Positions 12,795-24,599 of a stretch of 46,390 bases of DNA are shown here, one piece after another. The notes beneath the pieces were generated by a model that searched no databases, had not been told where the DNA came from, and saw only the letters and a program-made list of their open reading frames with translations. The DNA lies in contig NC_068984.1 in the NCBI RefSeq assembly GCF_001194135.2, positions 63,312,645-63,359,034 on the forward strand. Direction: 5' to 3'. The stretch's first letter is position 1; every line of letters starts with the position of its first letter. Position numbers and translations under genes: made by a program. Origin of the DNA: Octopus bimaculoides (lineage: Eukaryota).

Positions 12795-13770
12795 NNNNNN
12801 NNNNNNNNNNNNNNNNNNNNNNNNNNNNNNNNNNNNNNNNNNNNNNNNNNNNNNNNNNNNNNNNNNNNNNNNNNNNNNNNNNNNNNNNNNNNNNNNNNNN
12901 NNNNNNNNNNNNNNNNNNNNNNNNNNNNNNNNNNNNNNNNNNNNNNNNNNNNNNNNNNNNNNNNNNNNNNNNNNNNNNNNNNNNNNNNNNNNNNNNNNNN
13001 NNNNNNNNNNNNNNNNNNNNNNNNNNNNNNNNNNNNNNNNNNNNNNNNNNNNNNNNNNNNNNNNNNNNNNNNNNNNNNNNNNNNNNNNNNNNNNNNNNNN
13101 NNNNNNNNNNNNNNNNNNNNNNNNNNNNNNNNNNNNNNNNNNNNNNNNNNNNNNNNNNNNNNNNNNNNNNNNNNNNNNNNNNNNNNNNNNNNNNNNNNNN
13201 NNNNNNNNNNNNNNNNNNNNNNNNNNNNNNNNNNNNNNNNNNNNNNNNNNNNNNNNNNNNNNNNNNNNNNNNNNNNNNNNNNNNNNNNNNNNNNNNNNNN
13301 NNNNNNNNNNNNNNNNNNNNNNNNNNNNNNNNNNNNNNNNNNNNNNNNNNNNNNNNNNNNNNNNNNNNNNNNNNNNNNNNNNNNNNNNNNNNNNNNNNNN
13401 NNNNNNNNNNNNNNNNNNNNNNNNNNNNNNNNNNNNNNNNNNNNNNNNNNNNNNNNNNNNNNNNNNNNNNNNNNNNNNNNNNNNNNNNNNNNNNNNNNNN
13501 NNNNNNNNNNNNNNNNNNNNNNNNNNNNNNNNNNNNNNNNNNNNNNNNNNNNNNNNNNNNNNNNNNNNNNNNNNNNNNNNNNNNNNNNNNNNNNNNNNNN
13601 NNNNNNNNNNNNNNNNNNNNNNNNNNNNNNNNNNNNNNNNNNNNNNNNNNNNNNNNNNNNNNNNNNNNNNNNNNNNNNNNNNNNNNNNNNNNNNNNNNNN
13701 NNNNNNNNNNNNNNNNNNNNNNNNNNNNNNNNNNNNNNNNNNNNNNNNNNNNNNNNNNNNNNNNNNNNNN

Positions 13771-14275
13771 CACGATTATTATTATTATTATTTATATCAG
13801 GGTTCTCATCGATATCCTCCCCAATTCCCTTTGATTTAAGTATTTTAAAATTATGAGCTGCAATTATTTGGGCTAAGTTCTTAGTGTTTGAGAAACCAAA
13901 CCTAATGCTATGTGTATTAATAATTTTACCATAGTGTGAATTCTTAGGGAAATATCTACTTATCACCTCTCTAAATTGTGTAATCAAATTATATCTAACA
14001 TTTCTACAAAAAGGGACTATGAACTATATATTTTCATCTTTAGTGTTATCACAGTCATTAGTATAATTCTTAAAAAAAATTAAATTACCTATGTTACGTT
14101 TATGAATATCTCTGGGTTTATTTTCCTTATTTCCTCTTAGCTTATTATTATACCTATTATTCTTATCTGTCTTAATGTTGTTACGATCAGGTTCAACATA
14201 GTTAACCTTCTCTTTGTATCCTGACCTATCGGACGTAGCGATACCAAGTAAAAATATTTCTGTAAATTTGAACTA
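13771..14275 (-). mobile_element. Penelope-like retroelement fragment (RT thumb to linker), decayed
   Basis: Minus-strand translation with shifts gives SDRSGYKEKVNY ... I*FIVPF ... FREVISRYFPKNSHYGKIINTHSIRFGFSNTKNLAQIIAAHNFKIL. This matches the PLE pattern SGY..L.Y / IWFNPPF / KHFP..H.L.KIFN.NT.K.SYS.M.N...II..HN..IL. Confidence 0.8.
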
Positions 14276-15255
14276 TATATGTATACATATATATACAAGA
14301 ATGTAACAAGAACGAAACAATAAAAAAGTGGCCAACACGTATGGAATAAGGACACGAAAGAACATGCATTGAATACAGAATAAACGCTGAAAGAGTGTTT
14401 TGTAACAATGATAAGTTCGTAAAATATGTAAAATCCTGTAATTTTTTTTGACTTCTTTGTTTCGTTTTGGTGCTGAAAGATTTCACACTTTACTGTAGTT
14501 TATACGACATATCAGGAGCGCTGAAATATCCTGTTGCAGAGGCGCTCTCATTGTCATATCAATGTTTTGTTTTCCGAATACATTCCAACTAATTTTTCTA
14601 ACACACGAAAAGTTTCCTTTTTTAAACCCTACCACCTTAAAGAAAACAAAGAAGTCAAAAAAATTACAGGATTTTTCATATTTTACGGACTTACTATTGT
14701 TACATTAATAGTCACGCTAATAGTCTGATACAATCATAGATTTAACAGGTGGACGTTGGGTTGGTAAAAGTAAGGAGCAGCGGCAACTGCTCCTTTGAAC
14801 TATTGTCGTTGTCGTGGGCGTAGTGATGAGTTGACTTTTATGTGATTAATGAGTCAGGTCTATTGCTGCAGCTTTTGTAGGCTTTTTCCTAAATCGCATA
14901 TTACTAAATGTGACCAGGGGAAGATGAACGTCGGTTCTCGTCAATTTCATGATTTTACTTGTTGTTTCTAGAGTCGAGGGTCTCCAATGTCGCTGATTGA
15001 CTGTCGCTCCAGTTGACGGGATCAATGAAGTTATACTTTGTTGGCTGAGTGAATAATAACTGAAGCTAACAGCGAACATTTAACTGAATTATTGCCGGGC
15101 ATAATGATATTTGCTGACTGAAATAGACAGACTACTCTGAGAATATAGAAAGCTTTTTGCGTGACATGTAGTCGGCCCCAAACTATACGAAGTCCACTGC
15201 GTAAATCTCCGTGGAGACAGAGGTACATGGGTATCTGCCCTAGGCCATCTGCTCT

Positions 15256-15301
15256 TTTCCGTCTTTGGCCTCTCCTTTCCGTCTTTGGCCTCTCCTTTCC
15301 G
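15256..15301. repeat. Exact 20-bp tandem duplication TTTCCGTCTTTGGCCTCTCC (2.3 copies)
   Basis: Directly visible. Confidence 0.95.
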
Positions 15302-16385
15302 AAAGCGCGGAAGTGCGTGCGTCAGCTACTAGCCAAGAACATCTGTAGCAATGGAGATTTTGAGCACTTGATTTTGTATAATTTCTTAAAGAACTTATGC
15401 TGTTGTAAATAATGACCTTTTCTCTTTGTCTCTCCCATCATCTCTCTCTCTCTCTCCCTTCCCCATTTTCACACTACATACGTCAAGATCACCAGCATTC
15501 TATCTCCCACACACAGCCCCTCGTTCTTCGATCACCGTTTGTTATCTCCCCCTTTTCTTAGCTCTCATGAANNNNNNNNNNNNNNNNNNNNNNNNNNNNN
15601 NNNNNNNNNNNNNNNNNNNNNNNNNNNNNNNNNNNNNNNNNNNNNNNNNNNNNNNNNNNNNNNNNNNNNNNNNNNNNNNNNNNNNNNNNNNNNNNNNNNN
15701 NNNNNNNNNNNNNNNNNNNNNNNNNNNNNNNNNNNNNNNNNNNNNNNNNNNNNNNNNNNNNNNNNNNNNNNNNNNNNNNNNNNNNNNNNNNNNNNNNNNN
15801 NNNNNNNNNNNNNNNNNNNNNNNNNNNNNNNNNNNNNNNNNNNNNNNNNNNNNNNNNNNNNNNNNNNNNNNNNNNNNNNNNNNNNNNNNNNNNNNNNNNN
15901 NNNNNNNNNNNNNNNNNNNNNNNNNNNNNNNNNNNNNNNNNNNNNNNNNNNNNNNNNNNNNNNNNNNNNNNNNNNNNNNNNNNNNNNNNNNNNNNNNNNN
16001 NNNNNNNNNNNNNNNNNNNNNNNNNNNNNNNNNNNNNNNNNNNNNNNNNNNNNNNNNNNNNNNNNNNNNNNNNNNNNNNNNNNNNNNNNNNNNNNNNNNN
16101 NNNNNNNNNNNNNNNNNNNNNNNNNNNNNNNNNNNNNNNNNNNNNNNNNNNNNNNNNNNNNNNNNNNNNNNNNNNNNNNNNNNNNNNNNNNNNNNNNNNN
16201 NNNNNNNNNNNNNNNNNNNNNNNNNNNNNNNNNNNNNNNNNNNNNNNNNNNNNNNNNNNNNNNNNNNNNNNNNNNNNNNNNNNNNNNNNNNNNNNNNNNN
16301 NNNNNNNNNNNNNNNNNNNNNNNNNNNNNNNNNNNNNNNNNNNNNNNNNNNNNNNNNNNATATATATATATATATACACATATAT

Positions 16386-16550
16386 ACGAGAGGCTTCTTT
16401 CAGTTTCCGTCAACCAAATCCACTCACAAGGCTTTGGTCGGCCCGAGGATATAGTAGAAGACACTTGCCCAATGTGCCACGCAGTGGAAATGAACCCGGA
16501 ACCATGTGGTTGGTAAACAAGCTACTTATCACACAGCTACACCTGCGCCT
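16386..16550 (-). mobile_element. SINE family B head half; remainder probably in gap 15572-16359
   Basis: High similarity to the reverse complement of 12684-12794. Confidence 0.9.
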
Positions 16551-16620
16551 ATATGTATACAGAAATACACAAACATACACACACACACACACATATATGT
16601 TCTTGTATTTAATCTTGTAT

Positions 16621-17005
16621 GTTCTTGCATTTAATCATTTGATTGCGGCCATACTAGAGCACAGCTTCGCTTTTAGTCGAAGAAATCTACTCCAGCACTT
16701 ATTCTTTGTAAGCCTAGTACTTATTCTATCGGTCCCTTTCGCCGAACTGCAAATTCAATGGGACCTAAACACACCGGCATCGGTTATCAAACAATGGTGG
16801 TGGGACAATCACAGACATACAGAAATATATATATATATACGACGGGCTTCTTTCAGTATCCGTCTACCATATCCTCTGACAAGACTCTGGTCGGCCCGAA
16901 GATATATAGTAGAAGACACTTTCCCAAAGTGCCACGCAATGGAGCTGACACTGGAACCATGTGGTTGGGTAGAAAACCTTTTACTACACAGCCATGACTG
17001 CGCCT
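16621..17005 (-). mobile_element. Bipartite SINE, family B, near full length
   Basis: Head 16839-17005, internal (TA)n, tail 16621-16820 with gcggccatactagagcac..ttttagtcg..agtacttattctatcggt. Confidence 0.9.
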
Positions 17006-17024
17006 ATATAAAAGAAAGTATGCT

Positions 17025-17095
17025 TAGCAAAGCGTAGTTTCGATCTGCAGACTCTGGGTTACTAGCCCAGCACGCTTTCACTGCGCCACTCTGCT
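17025..17095 (-). tRNA. tRNA-iMet-derived gene with anticodon AGT (Thr); variant or pseudogene
   Basis: Minus strand reads AGCAGAGTGGCGCAGTGAAAGCGTGCTGGGCTAGTAACCCAGAGTCTGCAGATCGAAACTACGCTTTGCTA. This is the eukaryotic initiator tRNA scaffold (A1-U72, three G-C pairs in the anticodon stem, ATCGAAA T-loop). There is no encoded CCA, and a TTTCTTTT Pol III-type terminator lies ~7 nt downstream. Confidence 0.85.
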
Positions 17096-17280
17096 GTCAC
17101 TTTGCTACATACATACCTAAATGTATGTATGTATGTATGTATGTATATGGGACATTCCACCAGTACTCCTTTCTATTATGAGTGCCAATGGCTTCTACCA
17201 TACTGTAGGTTCTTATTTTTTTAACCTCGGGGTTATCCTTCCACCGGAAGGTTAACCCCATGTGTATGTATGTATGTATG

Positions 17281-17589
17281 TATGTATGTATGTATGTATG
17301 TATGTATGTATGTATGTATGCATCTATGTATATATCCATGCACGTGCGTACGTACGTATGTTTGTATGAGAGCAAATATAACACAGGAAATGAGGGTTAT
17401 CTGGGTGTTTCTTCTTTGTCTTGAGATGATATATCCTAGATTCTGGATAAATAACTTTATCAAATTTCATTAGTTTCGTTATTTCAATTTCATATACCTA
17501 AGAAATCTTAAGTTTAAGTCCTTTCATCACCATTAATTTAATTACAAAGTTTCTTTCTCTAAAAACTGCGTATATGGATGCATGCATGT

Positions 17590-17645
<56 letters not shown>

Positions 17646-17680
17646 ATGTGTGCGTGTGTGTGTGCGTGTGTCTGTCTGTC
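17281..17680. repeat. (TATG)n tract (~17260-17320) and (TG)n tract (~17580-17680)
   Basis: Directly visible. Confidence 0.85.
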
Positions 17681-18423
17681 TTGGGTAGATCTAGTATTAT
17701 GATTGTTTGGCAGAATGTTTACAGTGTCTGACAAAATGCTCTGCTTTGTTTACTCCGTTCTCAATTCAAATCTCAACGAAGCCGAATTCTCCTTTCAAAC
17801 TTGGGTAGTTCGTAAAATAAGGAAGGAGTTAATGCAGGGTAAAAATGCCTTCCAAGCATGTAGAAATTGTGGCTAATGTTGTTCTTATGATAGTATTTTT
17901 GCATATGCTTCGTTTGAGAGATAATCGCATGTGCCACTTCAAATTTACTCAAAAGCGTGGAAGTATTTCTGGAGATATTCTCCTTAGTAAAAAGTGCAGT
18001 TATTTTGTGATACACAAGATACATGCACTCAATATCGTTTAAAAAAAATATTGAACCCCATCACTAGGTGAAATATAACGCAACATAAACTCATAAAGCA
18101 AGTTTAATAGTGTATGCGAGTACAAATTAGCGATTTCAATGATTGATCGTATGAAGTTTGGCTCTTATGTAGCAGAAAGCGATAAGAAAGAAAATTAGGT
18201 ATTCTAGCTTTGTGTTATTTTATTATATTTGATTATATTATTATATTGCCACAAACTATTTTCATAGAACATTTATTCATACTTTGCCTTAGCTTCTTAC
18301 ACTTCTGCATATTTTTCATCTATAGATGTTATTCGCACATCATGTTTCATTACTTTCCATGTAAACAATGTAAAGTAACCAGAGATGATGAAACAAGAAA
18401 ACAGACTGAGTCAACACAAAGCA

Positions 18424-18523
<100 letters not shown>

Positions 18524-18582
18524 GGTGAGGCAGCGGTGCGATAAGAGAAAGAGACAATCCCAACAAATAAAAAGGAACAGCA

Positions 18583-18890
18583 CAACTATGTGATATCTAT
18601 GTTAGCAAACTGCAAGTCATAGACTGTGATAACAGGAACCTTAAAGAACTCGCTGATTATTTGAGACAACATCGTGAGAGAAGTCTGCCGAAATAACATG
18701 GCCGAAAAATAGCAAATAGAAAATCAGAAAGACTTCGTGTGCTGTAGGAAAATTTGACCGAAATAAAGTTGCTTCTTTGGAGGAATGAACGTTAGAAAAT
18801 TGGATTACAGGAAAAATCTGGATGATATCAAAGTACAGTAACGGCATGAGCTTGATGCCTTGAAATTCGAAAAAGAGCCTCTAAACTATA
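18583..18890 (+). pseudogene. Possible decayed coding sequence for a coiled-coil protein
   Basis: QLCDIYVSKLQVIDCDNRNLKELADYLRQHRERSLPK*HGRKIANRKSERLRVL*ENLTEIKLLLWRNER*, then with a frameshift KLDYRKNLDDIKVQ*RHELDALKFEKE. Heptad-like L/I/E/K/R composition; no parent gene recognised. Confidence 0.3.
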
Positions 18891-21800
18891 GATATAACGA
18901 CACTGTGCGACTCTGTCCTTTAAGGTTTTACCGTAATGTGCTCAAACTATTCTTTGATCGAATAATTAAGATGCAAATTAGTTTCGGAATAATAAGTAAC
19001 CTTTCAATTATTCAGTTTCCTTTCGTTCATTTGAGATGATCACTTATATTAAGGAAGAAAAAAATTATTTCAGTTTTAGAATGTCAGAACAGGCATATAA
19101 TTCTAAATCCACCCGTTTTCGGGTAAAATGATCATCCAGTTTATACCAAATGCATATGTCGTATGCTAGTTAAGCTTCATAATAGGTGTTAGAAGCACAT
19201 CCAAATATAAAACGTTTCTATGATGTGATACAGTAAATGAAATGACTTTTCACGGCCCATACGATGAACTATATAGAAACTATACATTTGTTAGAATTGC
19301 ATGAGCAGGTATGTTTATTCAGAGAAAATACTGATTCACCTATGCGTGGACTGTACTAGAAGCGAAGCCCTGACATCAGAGGATACGATTTTCTTATGAT
19401 CAGTGAAACAACTACCATTTTATTGGCAAAAATCTAGCATTCCGTGAAGAAAATCGAGGCATATTTTATGCAAGAAATGCACCACCAAATGGAATGTTTT
19501 TTACATTTATCTTCTCATACTCCCCACCATGGTATTTTGTTGATATTATGTTTTCTAATAGTGAGTTCGATTTTCACAGTGATATGCAGCATGTTGAATA
19601 ACAAATTACTCGGCTTCAAAATGAAGTGAATAATAATGAGTTTTGCTGTTATCATCTTGCATAAAAGGTTATTTTAGTTTCACAGATTAGGAAATCTCGT
19701 TTAACAATATTTAGTCAATGCATAAATCAAGATTGATGTGTTCCGTTTAGAGTTTGTATGAATCAGAGAATCTCATCTACGTGTTCAACATGAACTGAAG
19801 GATAACCCTCCAGATGGAGAAGACCAATATATTTTATGGATACTAACGCTTTAAATGATGTAAATCCCAAACTTTCGGAAACTGTAATAAGTTGAAGTTA
19901 TCACTAAAAATTTATAAACTTCATTATTAGAAAATACTACACTGATGCTGTCTAATAAACCGAGACATATCAATAGATGTCATATATCTGCAAGCATGGA
20001 TTAGACTTGCCTTGTTTTATCAAGGCAAAGTAACTGTGAGAAATTAAGTTTAACTTCTTGAAATTATATTCATTTTCTTCAAGAATCCTTATAACAATTG
20101 CTAGCAGGCTTTTGGATTTTCTCCAAATAACAGAGAAATTTTAATTAAGAATATTTCCTTGCAGCAACAAATTTCTCACCATAAACATTTTAAACATTTT
20201 CTATTGGCTAATTCAAGGTAGTTAGATAAGTTTTGATTTTGGTTTTTCTCAATTTCCTAAATTTTCTGCAGTTAGCTAAAATGTTCTGCTTAATTACATA
20301 GTTTAGTTGGTTTCTGATGGTAGGGCATTAATCCCGTGACTCAGTCAATAACCCTTCCATCGTAGCAATCATGAATGAAACAGAAACTTCTGCGAAGAGA
20401 TAAATTTTTGTTTCAATTTTCCACTTTGTTAAGCAGGTATTGTCCACGAAGTGATGTTTTGTCCGTCGTTTTAATCTTGCATTCTCAAACAGTTAAGCAT
20501 ATTTTCTAGCTTTTACATGATATCATTTGAAGTCGAACTCCCCTCTTTTTCACCGTCTGCAATTTCAGATTTCACTTGTTTTTCGAAATATTTTTGTCGA
20601 TTATCCATTATTCGTTTGTAGATATTTTTGGTAGATTCTTTTGAAGATATTCAATATTTTCCCCAAGAAATTTATCCCACTGGTGTCATGGAACCAGTGG
20701 GTCCCGTGGGAAATATAAACAATCTGTATCAGATTTTGTGCGGTGTATTCCATAAATTGTCATTATACTTCTTGTTGTGTGTCTAATTTTCCTAATTTAT
20801 TTAGCATCAGCAATAATATTTAATTGTTATGATTATATATTATTACTGGAACAGGTTGTGCTGATGATATCAACTACCTTAATTCTTGCATTTAGCTCTA
20901 TTTTAAGAAATATGTTTCGTTTGTGTGTGTATGTGTGTGTGTGTTGCACTCTATTTGAAGAATCGGTTTCTGCCTCCAACTAAATTTAAATGTGGTCCAA
21001 ATGTCCACGTTTCAACATTGCCTTAGAGCAATCATGTACCCTAAATCCCAGATTACTTCTAGTAAGTACGTGTACTGTTTATAACATTCTTGCCTAGCAG
21101 AAGGTTCGAAACTCAAAGGACTGGATACGTGGCAAACTTCTCAATCACTCCATCATGGCTGCGTATTGAAATTATTAAAGGTAGCGGGGTCAAACGTGGA
21201 AACATACCACCATTGAGACAACCGTACCTGAGTAGTGATGCATTTTGTGAATACAAGTAAAACGAAAGAGGCACAGTTAACCTCGATGGGATTTTAGATG
21301 AATTGCCCAGCACACTCATGCTGTTTTTCCACCGCCCTTTCAATAGTTCAAGTAATATCGATATTTTTCCCGGCTGTGAAAACTATTAGAGAACCACTCG
21401 AACTGCAGTTGGGAATCAAGTTATCTCCCTTACATTTTCTGCTCAAATGCTGATTGTCTAGGCTTTACCTAGACTACGAACATATTTTATATTCCAGCCT
21501 AGTACTCAACTCAAGATTGCGAATATATATATCAGCCTAGTACTGACGATCAGCTTAATTTCTGTATTTCGAAATTTGCACTTAAAACTTCATTATTATT
21601 CATATAGGGAATCTGATCGATTCACTTTTTACTTCGTTTTGTATTCTTACAGAGATTTTATATCTTCTGACAAATATCTTCATCTCTTTATGCTTTACAT
21701 TCAGGCCAACCTTTTATCTTTATATCGTTTATATTTTGCCAGAGCATTTCATTGTGCTACTAGTACCTGTGAGATTTATATTCAAATCATTTGTGTAGAT

Positions 21801-23953
21801 CATACAGCTATTATGCATTGGGGCCTAATAAATTGCTTATATATCGTTCTTCATAAAAAAATTTCCTTATGCCTCATCTAATGTCATTATTTTCCGGAAG
21901 GTATCTTAGTATTACCGATTCCTCAATATTTAGGATAGACAGATAAAAAAAAATTCAAGTAAATATTCAATATAACGTTATTAAACAACATAGGTAGTAA
22001 GCGATTGCATGTATAAGACAGCTATTGTATATCAATACAATTTTTCTGACTCCATTTTCTCCAAAACCTGGCACATGGACAATCGATCGCAATTCTCTTT
22101 CCAATCCGCCAAACTAACATTCATTTTCCTTCTTTAAAGTATATGCCAGTAATCTATCCTCTCCTCCAGATAAAAAAAATAAAGCTATAAAAGTAATAAA
22201 GGCAACGATTTCATTTTAAATTCCTTTAAGAGGTTATCTTTGAAGATTTTTTGCTGAAAATTATAGGTTAATCAAATGCAGTGAAGCCAATTACAATGTT
22301 TTTACTACCGTAACCTTAAGCAGAATTGCTGTCTGTAGAATTGGTGCTTGAAATTTAGGTCAATCTGACTATATAAATTTATTGTTTCATTTCTTTATGC
22401 ATAGCATCAAAAAAGATACAAGATGTTCTGTGATTTTTCTCCTAATATAACATTTTCAATTTAAAATAAATTTTCTTCTTGAATTCGATAAATTATTTTG
22501 TGTACAACCTTCATCTGGCATTTAAAGAGTATAAATGCCATAAATACACACTATAGACAGCGGAGGTTTCCAATATTATAATGCATTTACAATGAATTGT
22601 CCTTTTCGTAATTTTGATTATTTTACATGTTTCATAATGAATATATGTGAAAGAGTCAAGTGCTGCTTATGAGTATTATATTATCAATTTTGTATCATTT
22701 AGGACGGAAGGAATAGTACAAGCAAGCGAATAAAATCTTCACATCACATTTTCCTAGCACAGATTTTACATTTTTCATCACAGAACGTACATAGCAACAT
22801 ACTACTTTATGTAGCACAAGTAAATAAACACAATACTCACAAATACAAACATTACCAAGTGATTCAGTACTACCTCTCCTATTAAAAGCACATAGTAAAC
22901 AGTCACATATTTAAGTTCGGTATTTCAAATTCTTAGTCCAGAATATGAAATTTGCTATTTTTTATTCTTTCAGGTGTCGGTTCAAAAAAAAAAAAAAAAG
23001 GAAAGAAAAGGCAGAATGCAAGAAACATTTTGAGTTGATTTATTCAGTTTGTTTTTATTTATAAAAATCCCTTCTTTTAACAATAAAAAATAGCTTCTCC
23101 CCTAAAAATAGTACAAATATTTTCAGTACAAAGCATCTGTTCAAACATAAAGGTACTATATTGCACTGTATATCTTATGGCAATTCTATAAACAACATCA
23201 TAATAATCTGTGTATATTTTTCAATACAAACAACATTTTTCATCCACATTAACAGGATTGATGTTTGCAATCAAGCATTCGGTACTAAATTTCTAGTACT
23301 GCGACTAGATGTAGAATGTTTAGCATTATCCCAGGTATTACGAAACTAATTCCTCAAGAATATTATTGAGAGATCCTCATAATGTCATTAATGCATATAA
23401 AGATATTTCGTTATGCTACTTTATTGCTTCCAAAAATGTACAAACGTATTATTGATAGTTATGAAAGCATCATTTGAGAAGTAAGAAATATATGAGTGCA
23501 CGGACCATTGACTTTACGCAGATGGAATGCATCCAGATATACTAATATATTTATGGGTATTGATCTGAGAGACTGCATTAACTCCAATAATGTAGATGTA
23601 TATACAATAAATTACTTGGTACCACTATATTAAGTGACGTTCAACTTACAGAAATGAATGTATTAACAGCAAGATGTAAATGTTATGCTGCGTCAATTTT
23701 TCAGATAGAATATTAGTAAATCGATTTCTGTACCATAATACTTCAGTTATCGATATGAAACAGCTCTAAAGGAATTCGATTTCTCTTACATGTCACTCAT
23801 TGATATTTATTGATAACGATGTTACAGCAAATGAATTCATCACTATTGAAATTGGGATGTCAAGCGCAACCCCAGTTTATCTGAGATTTCTGGAAAACTT
23901 GTGTTTGTATTCTCGTTTTGAAAACAAGCATCAGTTCTTATTAATTACATATT

Positions 23954-24159
23954 AAGGCGGCGAGCAGGGAGAATCGTTAGCACGCCAGGGTAAATGCTTA
24001 ATGGCATTTCGTCTGTATGTTTTGAGTTCAAATTCCGCCATGGTCGATTTTGCCTTTCATCCTTTTGGGGTCAATAAAATAATTATCAGTCAAGTACTGG
24101 GTCAATGTAATCGTCTACTCCCGTTAAAATTTCAGGTCTTGTGCCTATACTAGAAAGGA
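23954..24159 (+). mobile_element. SINE family A, relatively young full-length copy with a 16-bp TSD
   Basis: tRNA-like head (aaggcggcgagcagggagaatcgttagc..gagttcaaattcc). TSD TTATTAATTACATATT at 23938-23953 and 24160-24175. Confidence 0.92.
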
Positions 24160-24183
24160 TTATTAATTACATATTGACAAAGT

Positions 24184-24561
24184 GTGGAGGCGCAATATCA
24201 CAGTGGTTAGGGCAGCGGACTCGCGGCCATAGGATCGCGGTTTCGATTTCCAGACCGGGCGTTGTGAGTGTTTATTGAGCGAAAACACCTAAAGCTCCGG
24301 CAGGGGATGGTGGCGAACCCTGCTGTACTCTTTCACCACAACTTTCTCTCACTCTTACTTCCTGTTTCTGTTGTGCCTATAATTGAAAGAGTCAGCCTTG
24401 TCACACTGTGTCACGCTGAATATCCCCGAGAACTACGTTAAGGGTACACGTGTCTGTGGAGTGCTCAGCCACTTGCACGTTAGTTTCACGAGCAGGCTGT
24501 TCCGTTGATCGGATCAACTGGAGCCCTCGACGTCGTAAGCGACGGAGTACCAACAACAACA
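24184..24561 (+). mobile_element. tRNA-headed SINE, family D, with (CAA)n tail and an 11-bp TSD
   Basis: Head gtggaggcgca..cagtggttagggcagcggactc..ggtttcgattt. Tail gtcgtaagcgacggagtaccaacaacaac. TSD ATTGACAAAGT at 24173-24183 and 24562-24572. A short-repeat tail is typical of RTE-mobilised SINEs. Confidence 0.9.
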
Positions 24562-24599
24562 ATTGACAAAGTATTCCGTACCGTTCGGTGTTCTTAAAT

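Noticed and set aside
21080-21450. Nearly open ~125-codon + strand frame with an overlapping antisense ORF
   Set aside because: Several frames are similarly open, there are in-frame stops, splice signals are weak, and no motif is recognisable. Likely GC-richer decayed TE DNA.
22973-23040. Strong acceptor followed by GVGSKKKKKGKKRQNARNILS*, resembling a polybasic terminal exon
   Set aside because: The lysines come from an A16 homopolymer. There is no CAAX motif, no linked upstream exon, and alternative frames are equally open.
23954-24260. tRNA-like A/B boxes in SINE heads considered as tRNA genes
   Set aside because: No complete cloverleaf, and they continue into SINE bodies bounded by TSDs.
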